DNA of 63,662 nt, counting the filler, from Octopus bimaculoides (lineage: Eukaryota): assembly GCF_001194135.2 (NCBI RefSeq). It is 6 parts of 6 records of this genome, joined end to end, with 100 filler letters (N's around TTAATTAATTAA, not from the genome) between each part and the next. Parts side by side here need not be neighbours in the genome. Positions count along the whole stretch, not along the records: positions 1 to 28,487 come from NC_068985.1; positions 28,588 to 35,377 come from NW_026305254.1; positions 35,478 to 52,030 come from NC_068981.1; 3 more parts are not named here. The stretch is one strand, 5' to 3'. A program made the translations under genes and the position numbers. Below are positions 26,801 through 39,317 of the stretch, piece by piece. Under the pieces are notes generated by a model, which worked only from the letters and a program-made list of their open reading frames with translations, was not told the DNA's origin and did not search any database. The number at the start of each line of letters is the position of its first letter. Positions within the stretch are counted from its first letter, which is position 1.

Positions 26801-27510
26801 TCCACTTTCCATGCTGACATGGGTTAAACGGTTTGACTGGAACTGGTAAGCTAGAGAGCTGCAGCAGGTTCCAGTCTGATTTGGCATGGTTTCTATGGTT
26901 GAATGCCCTTCCTAATGCCAACCAATCCAAGAGTGTAATGGATGCTTTTTACATGCCACCAGCATGGGTGCTAACCGCCATAACTACGGTTTCACTTTGC
27001 TTAACTTGTCTTCTCAAGCACACCATATCGCCACGGTCTCAGTCACTTGTCATCACTTCTGTGAGGATCAACATTCGAACGTCATGCTTCACTACCTCGT
27101 CCTTGCCTCCGTGAGGCCCAACATTCGAAAATCATGCTTCCGGCAACAGTCACAAATACAATTTCACAGGTGCCATTTATATGACACCAGCAACAGCCAC
27201 AACTACGATTTCATTTAGCTTGACCAGCCTTCTCATGCAAAGCATATCGCCAAAGGTCTCAGTCACTAGTAATTGCCTCCATGAGGCCTAACATTCAAAG
27301 ATCATGTTTCACCACCTCATCTCATGTCTTCATGGGTCTACCTCTTCCACAGGTTCCCTCCATGGTTAGAGATCAGCACTTCTTTATACAGCTGTCCTTG
27401 TCCATATGCATCACAAAAATATGATATGATTTTTTAAACATCAAATACCTTAGGAGGGCTCATTCTAGGAAAACAGGGATCAAAGGGGTCCATGGTTAAG
27501 GAACACTGCC
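23140..27510. mobile_element. hAT-like MITE ends: left ends at 23140-23255 and 26631-26737, right end at ~27480-27510
   Basis: ~110-bp direct repeat gttttcaaccaga.tc.atgtagccctctggagatcc...; terminus ggttaaggaacactg. Related ends at 4756 and ~11455. Confidence 0.5.
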
Positions 27511-28530
27511 CTAGATGAATGTTGACTCTTAAACGAAGAAAGAAAACAAAACCCTTACCTCCAAGACAGGTGAGAGAGAGAGGAAGTTATTTTCAACCCA
27601 AAGGCCTAGCTTGTAACTGTGTTGGGTATCCTAAAGGCACCTAAAGTGCCAGGTATTTATACTAAAATTGGTGATAGATAAGTCAGCTCTCCAAACAGAC
27701 CACAGCAGGATTTGAACTCAGAATGCAAGAAGCTAGAACAAATACCACAAGGCTTCCTATTCAAATTTGTTATAGCTCCACAGGCTGAATGGAAATAAAC
27801 TTGTTTCCCAACTACGGAGTTATGGGTTCAGTTCCATTGTGTGACACCTTGGAGAAGTGTCTTCTATTATAACTTCAAGCTAACCAAAGCCTTGTGAGTG
27901 AATTTCATAAATGGAAACTGAAAAAAAAAAGCCTATCATGCATACATGTATGTGTGTATACATATACATATGTATGTATTTACTCTTTTACTTGTTTCAG
28001 TCATTTGACTGTGGCTATGCTGGAGCACCACCTTTAGTCAAGCAAATCAACCTCCAGGACTTATTCTTTGTAAGCCTAGTACTTATTTTATAGGCCTCTT
28101 TTGCCGAACCGCTAAATTATGGGAATGCAAACACACTACCATCGGTTGTCAAGCGATGTTGTGGGGACAAACATATACACACACACACACATACATATCT
28201 ATCTATATATATAAAAATGAGAATGTGTGTCTGTCTGTCTCTGTGTGTGTGTGTGTGTGTTTCCCTAAAACTCGAGAACTACACAACTAATTTCATTCAA
28301 ATTTTACACATGTCTTACTTAGGGTTCCGGTTGTGTTTTAGTCAAAAACATTTTTTAGCTTCTTGCATAGTTCGAGCCCACAGCAACATCATATCTCCTC
28401 CACTATTTAAGTATTACGTGTTAAAAGTGAAACAAAAACACTCATGTCAAATACTTTCACTTTAAAAATGAAACTATTCCACTAACTNNNNNNNNNNNNN
28501 NNNNNNNNNNNNNNNNNNNNNNNNNNNNNN

Positions 28531-28543
28531 NTTAATTAATTAA
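28531..28543. other. Assembly spacer TTAATTAATTAA inside N gaps (also ~35421, 52075, 57136, 61511)
   Basis: Identical motif flanked by N runs five times. Confidence 0.9.
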
Positions 28544-29445
28544 NNNNNNNNNNNNNNNNNNNNNNNNNNNNNNNNNNNNNNNNNNNNTATACACACATAT
28601 ACGCTTATCCATCACTACACCTATACATATATACACATATATACACACACACATACATATATACAAATATATATGACACTAATACAAGGATAACGGTTAA
28701 AATTCAAATATGCATTTTTTTTTTTCCTCCATAAACATACCACACATAGATGTATCTACACACACTCATATCTACACACTCATATCTACACACACTCATA
28801 TCTACACATGCTCATACGCCCATGCATGCACACACTCATAGTCACATACACACATGTGCACACACACATACATCTACACACACATCAAACTATATACGCT
28901 CATACGGTTATATATAACTACATATATGTATGAACTAGGCCTCTTCCTGACCCTAACTTGTACTAATGAATACCTGTCATGGAATAACCTTGCATATGCT
29001 TGTCCCACCCGCAACAAACGAGGCAGACCACCTACCATTACCTCAGCATACAAAAAGACCCATGGCTGGACGAAACCAAACCACCCACCTTCAGATGCAC
29101 ACGACATCAGAACTACTGTCGCACATATCAGTACATAAACATACATACACATGTACATACATATGCACACACACAAACACGTCTACACACTTACCCTATT
29201 ACTCACGTACATCCATAAGTACATACGTGCATACTCACATACATACATATATACATACATACACACGTACGTATATATCATGAACTAACTTACTTTCTCA
29301 GATGCAGCACAGAATTTTGTCAGTGAAGAGGTCGCGGTCTCAAAGCGACGAAAATATTTTGACGAATTAAATTTAAATGTTGAAGTGTATCTAACGGATT
29401 TTGTGTTATTTTAAATGGCTTATAAACACCTTCCACGCTGCAATT

Positions 29446-29484
<39 letters not shown>

Positions 29485-29746
29485 CAGACAATGGAGCCTG
29501 GTGCGGCCCCTGGCCTTGCCAGCTACTCCCGAATCATCCAACCCATGCCAGCATGGAAAAACAGACGTTAAATGATGATGAGAGGGATGATGTATGTGTG
29601 TGTGTGTGTGTGTATTCAACAATATATGTTAAGTTTATATATTTTTCATTGTATTTCCTCACAACACGTTATTGACCCCCCCCCCACAAACACACACACC
29701 AAAGCACAATCATTTAGGGAGTAGTTAAAATATAATCTCCATTTAC

Positions 29747-29809
29747 CTCCTCCACGTGCTTCAGCAAGATCTTCCTGCCACTTGGAGCTTCACTCAAACA
29801 AGTCAACGC
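29747..29809 (-). CDS. RSPH14: RSPH14 exon 9 (ALTCLSEAPSGRKILLKHVEE)
   Basis: ttttcttctttttcag| acceptor, GAG|gtaaat donor; no stop, so another exon is required. Confidence 0.92.
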
Positions 29810-32800
29810 CTGAAAAAGAAGAAAAACAAAAAAAAAACCCATCATTGCTGTGATCGTTATCATAATTGCTTTTATAATTGTTATTGTAACAGGAAAAAAA
29901 AATCATCACTATTATAAGTGATGGAGTGGCCCTGTGCAAAGCATCCAAATTCCTAAGGAACCCCCATCTCAGATAATGCCTGACTTTAATGATTCGTAGG
30001 CACGTGGTACTTCGTTAGGCAAACATTATATACAATAAAGTATATTAAATGTTTTCACGTGCCAGTGGCACGTAAGAAGCACCATTCGAGCGTGGCCAAT
30101 GCTAGTGCCACCTGACTGGCTCCCGTGCCAGGGGCACATAAAAAGCACCATTCAAGCATGATCGATGCCGGTGATGCCTGACTGGGCCCTGTGCTGGTGG
30201 CATGTAAAACGCACCCACCATACTCTGAGTGCTAAAGGGTCAAACAGCAACTCACACACACACACACACACACACTACAACGTTCGCCCCTGAAAAGGGA
30301 AATAATTACCTTCAATGCGTTGGTCCTTACTTCACTGCTCTTGTCTTTGGTGAGATTGACAAGTATATCTAAAGCATGTAGGGCTTTGAATTTGCCAGGG
30401 GTTGTGATAGCAATCCTGGGTGACAGGGAAAGAAATTAGAGATACAATATTGATTTGGACAGTTTGATATATGCAAATATCATACAGGCAACATTGTATT
30501 ATATATATATACATATATATATATGTATAAAATTATTATATATATCATATATTTTAAGAATATCATTACATGTATGTGCATATAGATATATATAGATATA
30601 GATATACATATACAATAAAGTAAGAAAATAAAGATTATTAAATTGACAAACAATTATTTAATTTATTACAAAACTGGATAACATCCAGTTAGCAGATTTG
30701 CTCCGTACACTCAACACACTATAATATTATTTTTTTACATTATCTCTCCATTTCTGTCAAAGTGCATAGACTCGAAACAAAAGACATTTCCATTTTTCCT
30801 GAGCATTAAAATAATACACCTGCTTGTTGTTCCTACACCTGTCTTTGTCTTGTGGTTTTCTATAAATCTGAACTGTATGTATATATGTATGTATATATAT
30901 ACACACACACATACATATACATACATATAAATATATATATATATATATATANNNNNNNNNNGTATATATATACACACACACATACATATACATACACATA
31001 TATACTTAAACACATAACAGAGCTACACACTTCCATCGATAAACAAAAAGAAAAAAAAATTTGCCAGTTAAATGAGTGACGTTGATTAAACTTACATTGT
31101 TAAAGCACCAGCAGCCTTGGCCCTCACTTTATCACTTTCATGCAGGAGCAGTTTTGTAAGGGGCTCAACAACGTCATCCTCCACAGCCTTTTCTTTTCCT
31201 GCCAATGGAACACTGGTGGGATGCAACCAATAAAAGGAAAGATGGCAACAATTAGACAAATGGGGGTTTCAAAAATATCTATAATTACTTGAATTTTCAG
31301 TTGTGCAGCTTCATTTAATGTCAATCCAGTTTGCCGGATCAGCTCCTGGATCCAGAATGTAGAGAACATAGCGGCAGCATTGCCCATACGACCTCAACAT
31401 TAGATTCAGAATTCATTCAAGGCTAGGGCCACAGGTTATACATCCCCATTAAGGACCACAACACATAAATACGCTACAACACAATTTCTTTTCTCTGCCC
31501 TATTTAACATTACCCCAAAACAAATCAAAAAAGAAAAAGGTCCCATGACCTTCAAGGAACACCAGATAAGTCACCAATACCTGGGCACATCTCAATCAGC
31601 AACAATTCCTAGAGATGAAGTTTAGGGTGTGGAAGCAAGGTCTAGAATCGAAGGGCCTTAGGGTTAACATAGCAAAAATCAAAGTCTTAGTAAGTAGGAA
31701 GGCAGACAAATCACAAATCCCTTCCAGTAGATGGCCCTGCTCGATCTGTAGAAAAGGTGTGGGTAGAAACTCCGTACAATGTACCTGGTGTAAGCTATGG
31801 ACACATAAAAGGTGCAGCAACATCAAAGGAAGGTTAACCGGGAAGATAGTTTTTGTGTGTGGCAGATGCACAGGGGCAATAAACACAGAAGATGTACAGA
31901 AAACAGATTCCATCACATGCCAAGGGGAAAAGCTACAAGTAGTTGATAGCTTCCATTACCTCGGCAACCAGGTCTGTAATGGGGGTGGATGCTCTGTGAG
32001 TGTAGCGGCTAGAATAAGACTAGCCTTGGCAAAGTTCAGAGATCTCCTACCTCTGCTGGCAGCTAAGGGCCTCTCGCTCAGGATGAGCCATGCTTACATG
32101 GTAGTGAAACATGGGCCATGACTGCTGAGGACATGTGTAGGTTTGTTTAGATCAGGACTGACCTGGGGTTCAACAACAACAACAACTATAACCACATACC
32201 TGAGATCAAGGACACAAATGGCTGCCTTGGCACAGATGGAAACATTCGGATGGTTCAGAAGATTTCGAAAGGTAAGCATGGCACCGGCAGACAGGGCATC
32301 AACAGTATCTACCATCATGCAGAAGTGAAGGGTGTCTAGAATATACAGCTGGGGAAGAAAAGAAACAGGGGTTATATTGTAATACAAAGTGACCCCCCTC
32401 CAAAAAAAAAAAACAGAACCCATAAATCTTTGAATAAAATGATGCTGAGGGATCGATCAAGATGAGCAGTGGTTCCAGCAAGACGGGGTCACCCCACCAC
32501 GCATCAACTGACTCCCTAGCTTGGCTGAGAGAGTGATTTCAGAAGAGACTGATCAGCAGAAAGTGTACCATTGAGTGGGTACTGGATCCACCGAACTTGA
32601 AACCCCACCCAGACTTTTATCTGGGTATCTCAAGGATAACGTTTACCAGAACAACCCTGAAATGATTGGTGAACCGAAGGGGTAGCAACCCCAGCAGAAA
32701 CCAGGGAAATCCCCAAAGAGGAAAGTGTTCGAGTAATTGACAATTTTGTGTGACGTGATGGACTGATGGAGGGGTGCATAGACAGACTGTCGGATTCACA

Positions 32801-35252
32801 GAAGCAACCATCTTTACACTTTCTGGCTGGATTCCCAAGAACGACCGACTGAGACTCGTTCTTGGCCTACCCCTAAATCTCCAGCCAGTTATAGAGTCTT
32901 CAGGCCCCTCCTCCATATGGTCTTATCAGAAGTAAGCTTCATTACAGTTTCCTGCTGAATTCCTAAGAATGACCAACTGAGACTATGCATATTTTTTAAC
33001 CACCTCGTCCTTGGCCAACCCCTAAGTTTCCAGCCAGTTGGCTCAGCTTAAAGGACCTACCTTGCATTTCATTCCTGATACATCCTAATCCCATGTCCGT
33101 AATACCAGAGCTGTTACCTCTCAATGCAGAGAAGTGATGACCCCACCTGCAGAGATTCCCTGACACCTGATCTATGCACCTTGTCAAGCAATATGGTGCC
33201 AAAGGTCTTTCAGGGGAACCCCATAAAATGTTTAAATAAAAACATGAAATTCAAATAAACTGAATTCCATAAAACTTACCACAATTTCTGTTTCTTCTTG
33301 AGCAAGTTTCTCCACTAATATTTTGACCAGTTTATCATCCAGTACAGCCTGAGCTCCTGGGGTACAGCAGAAAAATAACAGAAAACCAATATTTTTTTAT
33401 ACAGGATTCAGGCAGGACTACGTTGTCAAGAAGTTAAACATTTTCCCCAGCACAGTAAGGATTCTGCCAGCTAACCCTAAATCCACGAAGGAATATTACA
33501 GGGATACTTACCAAAGGGGCTTTCTGCTACCATCTCAATAGTTTTATGAGCCTTCAGTCGTACGCCAACATCGGGGTCGTCAAACAGTTCCGCTACAGAG
33601 TTTATCATGTTGAGTTCAATGAGTGCAGTCCTTCCAATGGCATAAGCTTGAGGTGAGGAAGATAACGGAAGGAAGATACAGTGTAAGAAAAGACAGGCTG
33701 TAGGTATGTGTGCGTTTGTGTCTGTAGGTGTATATGTGTATGCGGACTGGTAACTGTGAGCTTTGGCACACAAAAAGCACCATTCGAACAATGGGCTTCA
33801 TGGAAACAGTGACAGGTGACCGAGACCTTTGGCGATATACTGTGCTCGTGTTGACCTGTCAAGCTAAGACAGACCATAGTCATGGCTGATGCTAGTATCA
33901 TGTCAATGGCACATGTGCCAGCGCCACATAATATGCGTTGTTCATGTGTTGAGCCACATGGAGATAGTGACAGGTGATCAAAACATTTGGCGATACACCA
34001 TGCATCACAGCTAAGACTTTCTCCTTTTTAAAATTATTATTGAAATATTATTATTTCTAAATCTCTCAAACAGAGACATTCAGTAACAGTTCTTTACAGT
34101 AAAGGCTATTTGCCAACATTTGAGTGTGGCCATGCTGGGGCCTTTAGTTGAGCAAACCAACCCCAGGACTTATTCTTTGTAAGCCTAGTACTTATTCTAT
34201 CGGTCTCTTTTGCCAAACTGCTAACTTGCGGGGACATAAACACACCAGCATCGGTTGTCAAGCGATGGTGGTGGGACAAACACAGACACACAAACATATA
34301 TACACATACATATACGATGGGCTTCTTTCAGTTTCCGTCTACCAAATCCACTTACAAGGCTTTGGTCGGCCCAAGGCTATATTCGCCTGAATTGAATTAA
34401 CACAAAAAACTCTGATATTCAATAAATGGTATTACTTACAAGCAATGATGAAAAGACACTCAACAGACAACTGCCTGACAGTCACATCCTCGTCAACCAG
34501 TAAAGTCTTCAAAGAATGGACAATTCCTGAGAGAAAAGAGAAGCAGAAAAAGTTTTCTATCACATCTTTGAAATAATTCTTCTAACTGAAGACACAAAAA
34601 CTGTGTTCTAAGACAGTCTTACCATTTTTAAGAGAGCCGGCAATGTACTCTGGATCATGAAGAATACTGGACAACGCCTTCAGAGCTTGTTGCCGGGTGA
34701 GTAGGACATCAGAATTTAGTTCTCGGTTCTGTCAATAGAGAAACAAGTCTTATTAGTGTTCATTCATAAACATGCAGGCATAGTGGTGTGTGTGTGCGTG
34801 TGCACACATACATAGACACACACACACATATATACATATACAATGTCATAGCTGTGGCCAGTGCCCCCTGACTGGCACATAAAAAGCACCATCTGAACGT
34901 GGTCAATGCCAGGTCCACCTGACTAGCTCCCACGCTAGTGGTACGTAAAAAACACCATCCGAACGTGACCGATGCCAGTACCCCCTGACTGGCTCCCATG
35001 CCAGTATATAGTAGTTCCCAGGGACTGCCAGTCTTGAATTCCTCGTTCCTAATACTATCTTAATGATAATTAAGTTAGTTTACTAAATTCTTTGTTATAT
35101 TTAAAATTAATTGAAATGTGGTAACAAAAGGGTTAAATTTTACTTAATTATTGACTTACCAGTCTGGGCAATGCTCTGTCTCCAAAAGCAATGGTGGCCC
35201 TGGTTGGATCGATCAGGGGTGGAGGATTACAAGATATTGTGGTGGAACCCAT
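29747..35252 (-). CDS. RSPH14: Radial spoke head 14 homolog (RTDR1), 9 coding exons, 3'-incomplete (311 codons found)
   Basis: Exons 35252-35160, 34728-34623, 34526-34440, 33646-33512, 33356-33280, 32348-32200, 31212-31096, 30415-30310, 29809-29747. All are GT-AG, phases match, 933 nt with no stop. Protein MGSTTISCNPPPLIDPTRATIAFGDRALPRLNRELNSDVLLTRQQALKALSSILHDPE...ALTCLSEAPSGRKILLKHVEE is collinear with RSPH14 as I recall it (AYGHRALPKL, TRQKALMALCDLMHDPE, FILDTL, SNAAGALM, ALTMLAEAPEGRK). An in-frame TAA lies 9 codons upstream of the ATG. Confidence 0.93.
30310..30415 (-). CDS. RSPH14: RSPH14 exon 8 (IAITTPGKFKALHALDILVNLTKDKSSEVRTNALK)
   Basis: tttctttccctgtcacccag| acceptor, AAG|gtaatt donor, phase 2 to 0. 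Confidence 0.92.
31096..31212 (-). CDS. RSPH14: RSPH14 exon 7 (VPLAGKEKAVEDDVVEPLTKLLLHESDKVRAKAAGALT-M)
   Basis: catcccaccag| acceptor, |gtaagt donor, phase 2 to 2. Confidence 0.93.
31560..32140 (+). mobile_element. RTE LINE RT fragment with embedded C4HC3 (PHD-like) finger, antisense in RSPH14 intron 6
   Basis: KGLRVNIAKIKVLV...CSIC-x10-CTWC-KLWT-H-KR-C-x14-CGRC...VVDSFHYLG...GSETW-like motif after a short deletion. Confidence 0.85.
32200..32348 (-). CDS. RSPH14: RSPH14 exon 6 (LYILDTLHFCMMVDTVDALSAGAMLTFRNLLNHPNVSICAKAAICVLDL-S)
   Basis: tttcttttcttccccag| acceptor, |gtatgt donor, phase 0 to 2. Confidence 0.93.
32455..32750 (+). mobile_element. Tc1/mariner transposase C-terminal remnant in RSPH14 intron 5
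   Basis: Frameshifted QWFQQDG.TP...LAWLRE*FQKRLISRKC.IEW...PNLKP.PDFYL.GYLKDNVYQNNPE (QQDGA.PH and SPDLNP.DF.LWGYLK motifs). Confidence 0.75.
33280..33356 (-). CDS. RSPH14: RSPH14 exon 5 (AQAVLDDKLVKILVEKLAQEETEIV)
   Basis: tttttctgctgtaccccag| acceptor, |gtaagt donor, phase 1 to 0. Confidence 0.92.
33512..33646 (-). CDS. RSPH14: RSPH14 exon 4 (YAIGRTALIELNMINSVAELFDDPDVGVRLKAHKTIEMVAESPF-G)
   Basis: cttcctcacctcaag| acceptor, |gtaagt donor, phase 1 to 1. Confidence 0.92.
34440..34526 (-). CDS. RSPH14: RSPH14 exon 3 (IVHSLKTLLVDEDVTVRQLSVECLFIIA-S)
   Basis: ttctcttttctctcag| acceptor, |gtaagt donor, phase 1 to 1. Confidence 0.93.
34623..34728 (-). CDS. RSPH14: RSPH14 exon 2 (NRELNSDVLLTRQQALKALSSILHDPEYIAGSLKN-G)
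   Basis: tttctctattgacag| acceptor, |gtaaga donor, phase 0 to 1. Confidence 0.93.
35160..35252 (-). CDS. RSPH14: RSPH14 coding exon 1 (MGSTTISCNPPPLIDPTRATIAFGDRALPRL)
   Basis: ATG at 35252, donor CTG|gtaagt, phase 0. Confidence 0.9.
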
Positions 35253-35705
35253 TGTACTTTTGTCTTCTTTGTTTGTATCTTTTATTTCTGTTTACTTTAA
35301 GGTTTCTGGGGGTCTTTTCGTTTTCTTGCTTTCTCCCTTCTCTCTGTTTTTGCTTTTCTGTTTTTTTTTTTTTTTGTNNNNNNNNNNNNNNNNNNNNNNN
35401 NNNNNNNNNNNNNNNNNNNNNTTAATTAATTAANNNNNNNNNNNNNNNNNNNNNNNNNNNNNNNNNNNNNNNNNNNNATATACATATATAGGTATCAACA
35501 TAATCATCTAAACAATGATGATGATGATGATGATAATGATGATGATGATGATGATGATGATGATATATTGTATGTATGTATGTATGTCATTATTCAGTTT
35601 ATTTCAAGATTTCTTGCCAATAGAGAAAGGATCGGTTTCTAACCTAGATCCAAGGCTCTTTCATTGGAATTTCAACATCAATAACTGGGTATTTTTGTAT
35701 GTATG

Positions 35706-35739
<34 letters not shown>

Positions 35740-35785
35740 TGTATGTATGTGTGTATGTATGTATGTATGTATAAACTTGTTAGGT

Positions 35786-36110
35786 GAAGGTGCGTGGCTT
35801 AGTGGTTAGGGCATTCGACTCATGATCATAAGGTCATGAGTTCAATTCCCAGCAACGTGTTGTGTCCTTGAACTAGACACTTTATTTCACATTGCTCCAG
35901 TCCACTCAGCTGGCAAAATTCAATGGTACCTGTATTTCAAAGAGTTCAACCTTGTCATATTCTGTGTCACACTGAATCTCCCCGGGAACTACTTTAAGGG
36001 TACATGTGTCTGTGGAGTGCTCAGTCACTTGCATCTTAATTTCACAAGCAAGCTGTTCCATTGATCGTATCAGCTGAGACCCTTGTCGTCATAACCGACT
36101 GAGTGCTCCT
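35786..36110 (+). mobile_element. tRNA-type SINE family C (head GGCTTAGTGGTTAG...GAGTTCAATTCC, then tgtgtccttga.c.agacactttatttcac core)
   Basis: A and B boxes visible; other copies at ~8925-9060 and 20215-20510 (composite, two orientations). Confidence 0.75.
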
Positions 36111-38706
36111 ATAAACTCGTTAGTGGTTCAAATATGCTTGAGACATATTCAAACATGTAAGAAAGTCATTTACTGCATTTTATCAGAGAGAAAAAGAATA
36201 TGCTCAATATGAGTAATACAGCAGAGCAGCAATTTGTTTTAGCAATATTGTCACCATTTGTGGACAAGGGAATGACATATATTACACACATGGCTTTTAC
36301 ACAGTTCTGCCATGGCTAATATCAACCGATGGGAAATAACTCTAGTCACCCAACTTTATCCACCTTGTAGTCATTGCTATACAAGGGAGATAATCATTAC
36401 TTCAGAACAGCACATGCTTACACCAATACTGCTATGTCTAATTAAAAATTTAGTCATAATCCATGCTGTAATGATCTTTTCTGCTCTAGGCACAAGGCCT
36501 GAAATTTTGGGACAATTATCTCGACCCCAGCACTGTGCCTGATTGTAATAAAATACAGATTAGAAGCACTAAGCAATGATGTGTATAGAATTAGGAACTT
36601 GTTACAAGTTTGAGAGAAGTAAGAAAGAAAGACAAAGAAGGAGAGAAAAGGAGAGAAGAGAGAGAGAACGAGATGTATAAGAATGATAATGACAAAANNN
36701 NNNNNNNNNNNNNNNNNNNNNNNNNNNNNNNNNNNNNNNNNNNNNNNNNNNNNNNNNNNNNNNNNNNNNNNNNNNNNNNNNNNNNNNNNNNNNNNNNNNN
36801 NNNNNNNNNNNNNNNNNNNNNNNNNNNNNNNNNNNNNNNNNNNNNNNNNNNNNNNNNNNNNNNNNNNNNNNNNNNNNNNNNNNNNNNNNNNNNNNNNNNN
36901 NNNNNNNNNNNNNNNNNNNNNNNNNNNNNNNNNNNNNNNNNNNNNNNNNNNNNNNNNNNNNNNNNNNNNNNNNNNNNNNNNNNNNNNNNNNNNNNNNNNN
37001 NNNNNNNNNNNNNNNNNNNNNNNNNNNNNNNNNNNNNNAAAAAAAATTGAATGGTTTGGTCAGCGATCTATCATGGCGTCTGTATATATGTAAGTACGTG
37101 TTTGTGTGTGTGCTTGCCAACCGATGTTGGTGTGTTTACATCTCCGTAACTTTGCTGTTCCGCAAAAGAGGCCAACAGAATAAGTACTAGGCTTACAAAG
37201 AATAAGTCCTGGGAGAGATTTGTTCGTCTAAAGGTAAGTCCTCCAGCATGGCCGCAGTCAAATGACTGAAACCAATAAAAGAATAAAAGAATATATGCAT
37301 GAATGAATGAATGAATGTATGTGTGTGTGTGTGTGTGTGCGTGTGTGTGTCTGTGTGTTTGTCCTTTTTTTCATTATATTGTGCCCTTCTAATTGTAAAT
37401 TGACGTGAGTCTCATACAAATGATGTCATTTGTTTGCAATGTTTTGTGAAATATATCTGGAGTTGAGGAAAATAATATTTTGCTTAGAAACAGAAGAAGG
37501 TTGGCAAAAAGGAAGAGATGCCAGCCGTAAAAAAATTCGCTTCAAAGAATTTAGTATGATGAAAGGATAGAAGAGAGAGAGAGAGAGAGAGGGGGAAGTA
37601 AGAAAGAATGACAAAGAAGGAATGAAAAGGAAGAGAAGAGAAAGAGAGAGAAAGTGACGTATAAGAATGGTAATGACAAAATTGATGGCCAAAATGATTG
37701 CGAGATATAGTAATTAGGTAATGAGTATTGATAATTGTCAGCCTTTTCCTCCTCCACCACATGTCTTTCCTCCCTCTTTACATAATTAGCATCATCACCG
37801 CCGCCGCCACNNNNNNNNNNNNNNNNNNNNNNNNNNNNNNNNNNNNNNNNNNNNNNNNNNNNNNNNNNNNNNNNNNNNNNNNNNNNNNNNNNNNNNNNNN
37901 NNNNNNNNNNNNNNNNNNNNNNNNNNNNNNNNNNNNNNNNNNNNNNNNNNNNNNNNNNNNNNNNNNNNNNNNNNNNNNNNNNNNNNNNNNNNNNNNNNNN
38001 NNNNNNNNNNNNNNNNNNNNNNNNNNNNNNNNNNNNNNNNNNNNNNNNNNNNNNNNNNNNNNNNNNNNNNNNNNNNNNNNNNNNNNNNNNNNNNNNNNNN
38101 NNNNNNNNNNNNNNNNNNNNNNNNNNNNNNNNNNNNNNNNNNNNNNNNNNNNNNNNNNNNNNNNNNNNNNNNNNNNNNNNNNNNNNNNNNNNNNNNNNNN
38201 NNNNNNNNNNNNNNNNNNNNNNNNNNNNNNNNNNNNNNNNNNNNNNNNNNNNNNNNNNNNNNNNNNNNNNNNNNNNNNNNNNNNNNNNNNNNNNNNNNNN
38301 NNNNNNNNNNNNNNNNNNNNNNNNNNNNNNNNNNNNNNNNNNNNNNNNNNNNNNNNNNNNNNNNNNNNNNNNNNNNNNNNNNNNNNNNNNNNNNNNNNNN
38401 NNNNNNNNNNNNNNNNNNNNNNNNNNNNNNNNNNNNNNNNNNNNNNNNNNNNNNNNNNNNNNNNNNNNNNNNNNNNNNNNNNNNNNNNNNNNNNNNNNNN
38501 NNNNNNNNNNNNNNNNNNNNNNNNNNNNNNNNNNNNNNNNNNNNNNNNNNNNNNNNNNNNNNNNNNNNNNNNNNNNNNNNNNNNNNNNNNNNNNNNNNNN
38601 NNNNNNNNNNNNNNNNNNNNNNNNNNNNNNNNNNNNNNNNNNNNNNNNNNNNNNACCACCACTACCACCACAACACAACTACTACCACCACCACCACCAC
38701 CAGCAC

Positions 38707-38738
<32 letters not shown>

Positions 38739-39203
38739 CTTTAACATCCACTTTTCCCTCACACGATGTCAAAGTCGGAGGTATACATACAAACACACAC
38801 ACACACGTGCACCCGCACACACACACACACAGACACATGCCAATGGTACCACACAGTGGGACTGAACTTGATGCTGTGTGGTTGGGAAGCATGCTTTCCA
38901 CTCAGGCATCCACACCCTGTTTCCATGGGAGAAACACTTCTAAATGTTGTCTAATGATACGACTTGTGTTGGTGTTGGCTTTCTTTCATTACAAGTTTCC
39001 TCTGTTGACAAATTTAAAGATCTCATCACTCAATCACTGATGAAACAAAAGGCTAATTTTTGCAGCATTCTTCCTGCAATGAAATTCCACGAAAATACAA
39101 AGTAAAACAGACCTCTTTAACATAAGTGGTCTATGTGTGTGTGTGTGTGTCTGTGTGTGCGTGTGTGCATAGATATATATGTATGTATATATATAGGTAT
39201 AGA

Positions 39204-39235
<32 letters not shown>

Positions 39236-39286
39236 AATATATATATATATATGTATATAGGTATACAAGCGTGTGTATGTGTTTAT

Positions 39287-39317
<31 letters not shown>

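Noticed and set aside
35786-35860. tRNA genes at SINE heads
   Set aside because: A/B boxes are present but continue into SINE bodies with no complete cloverleaf
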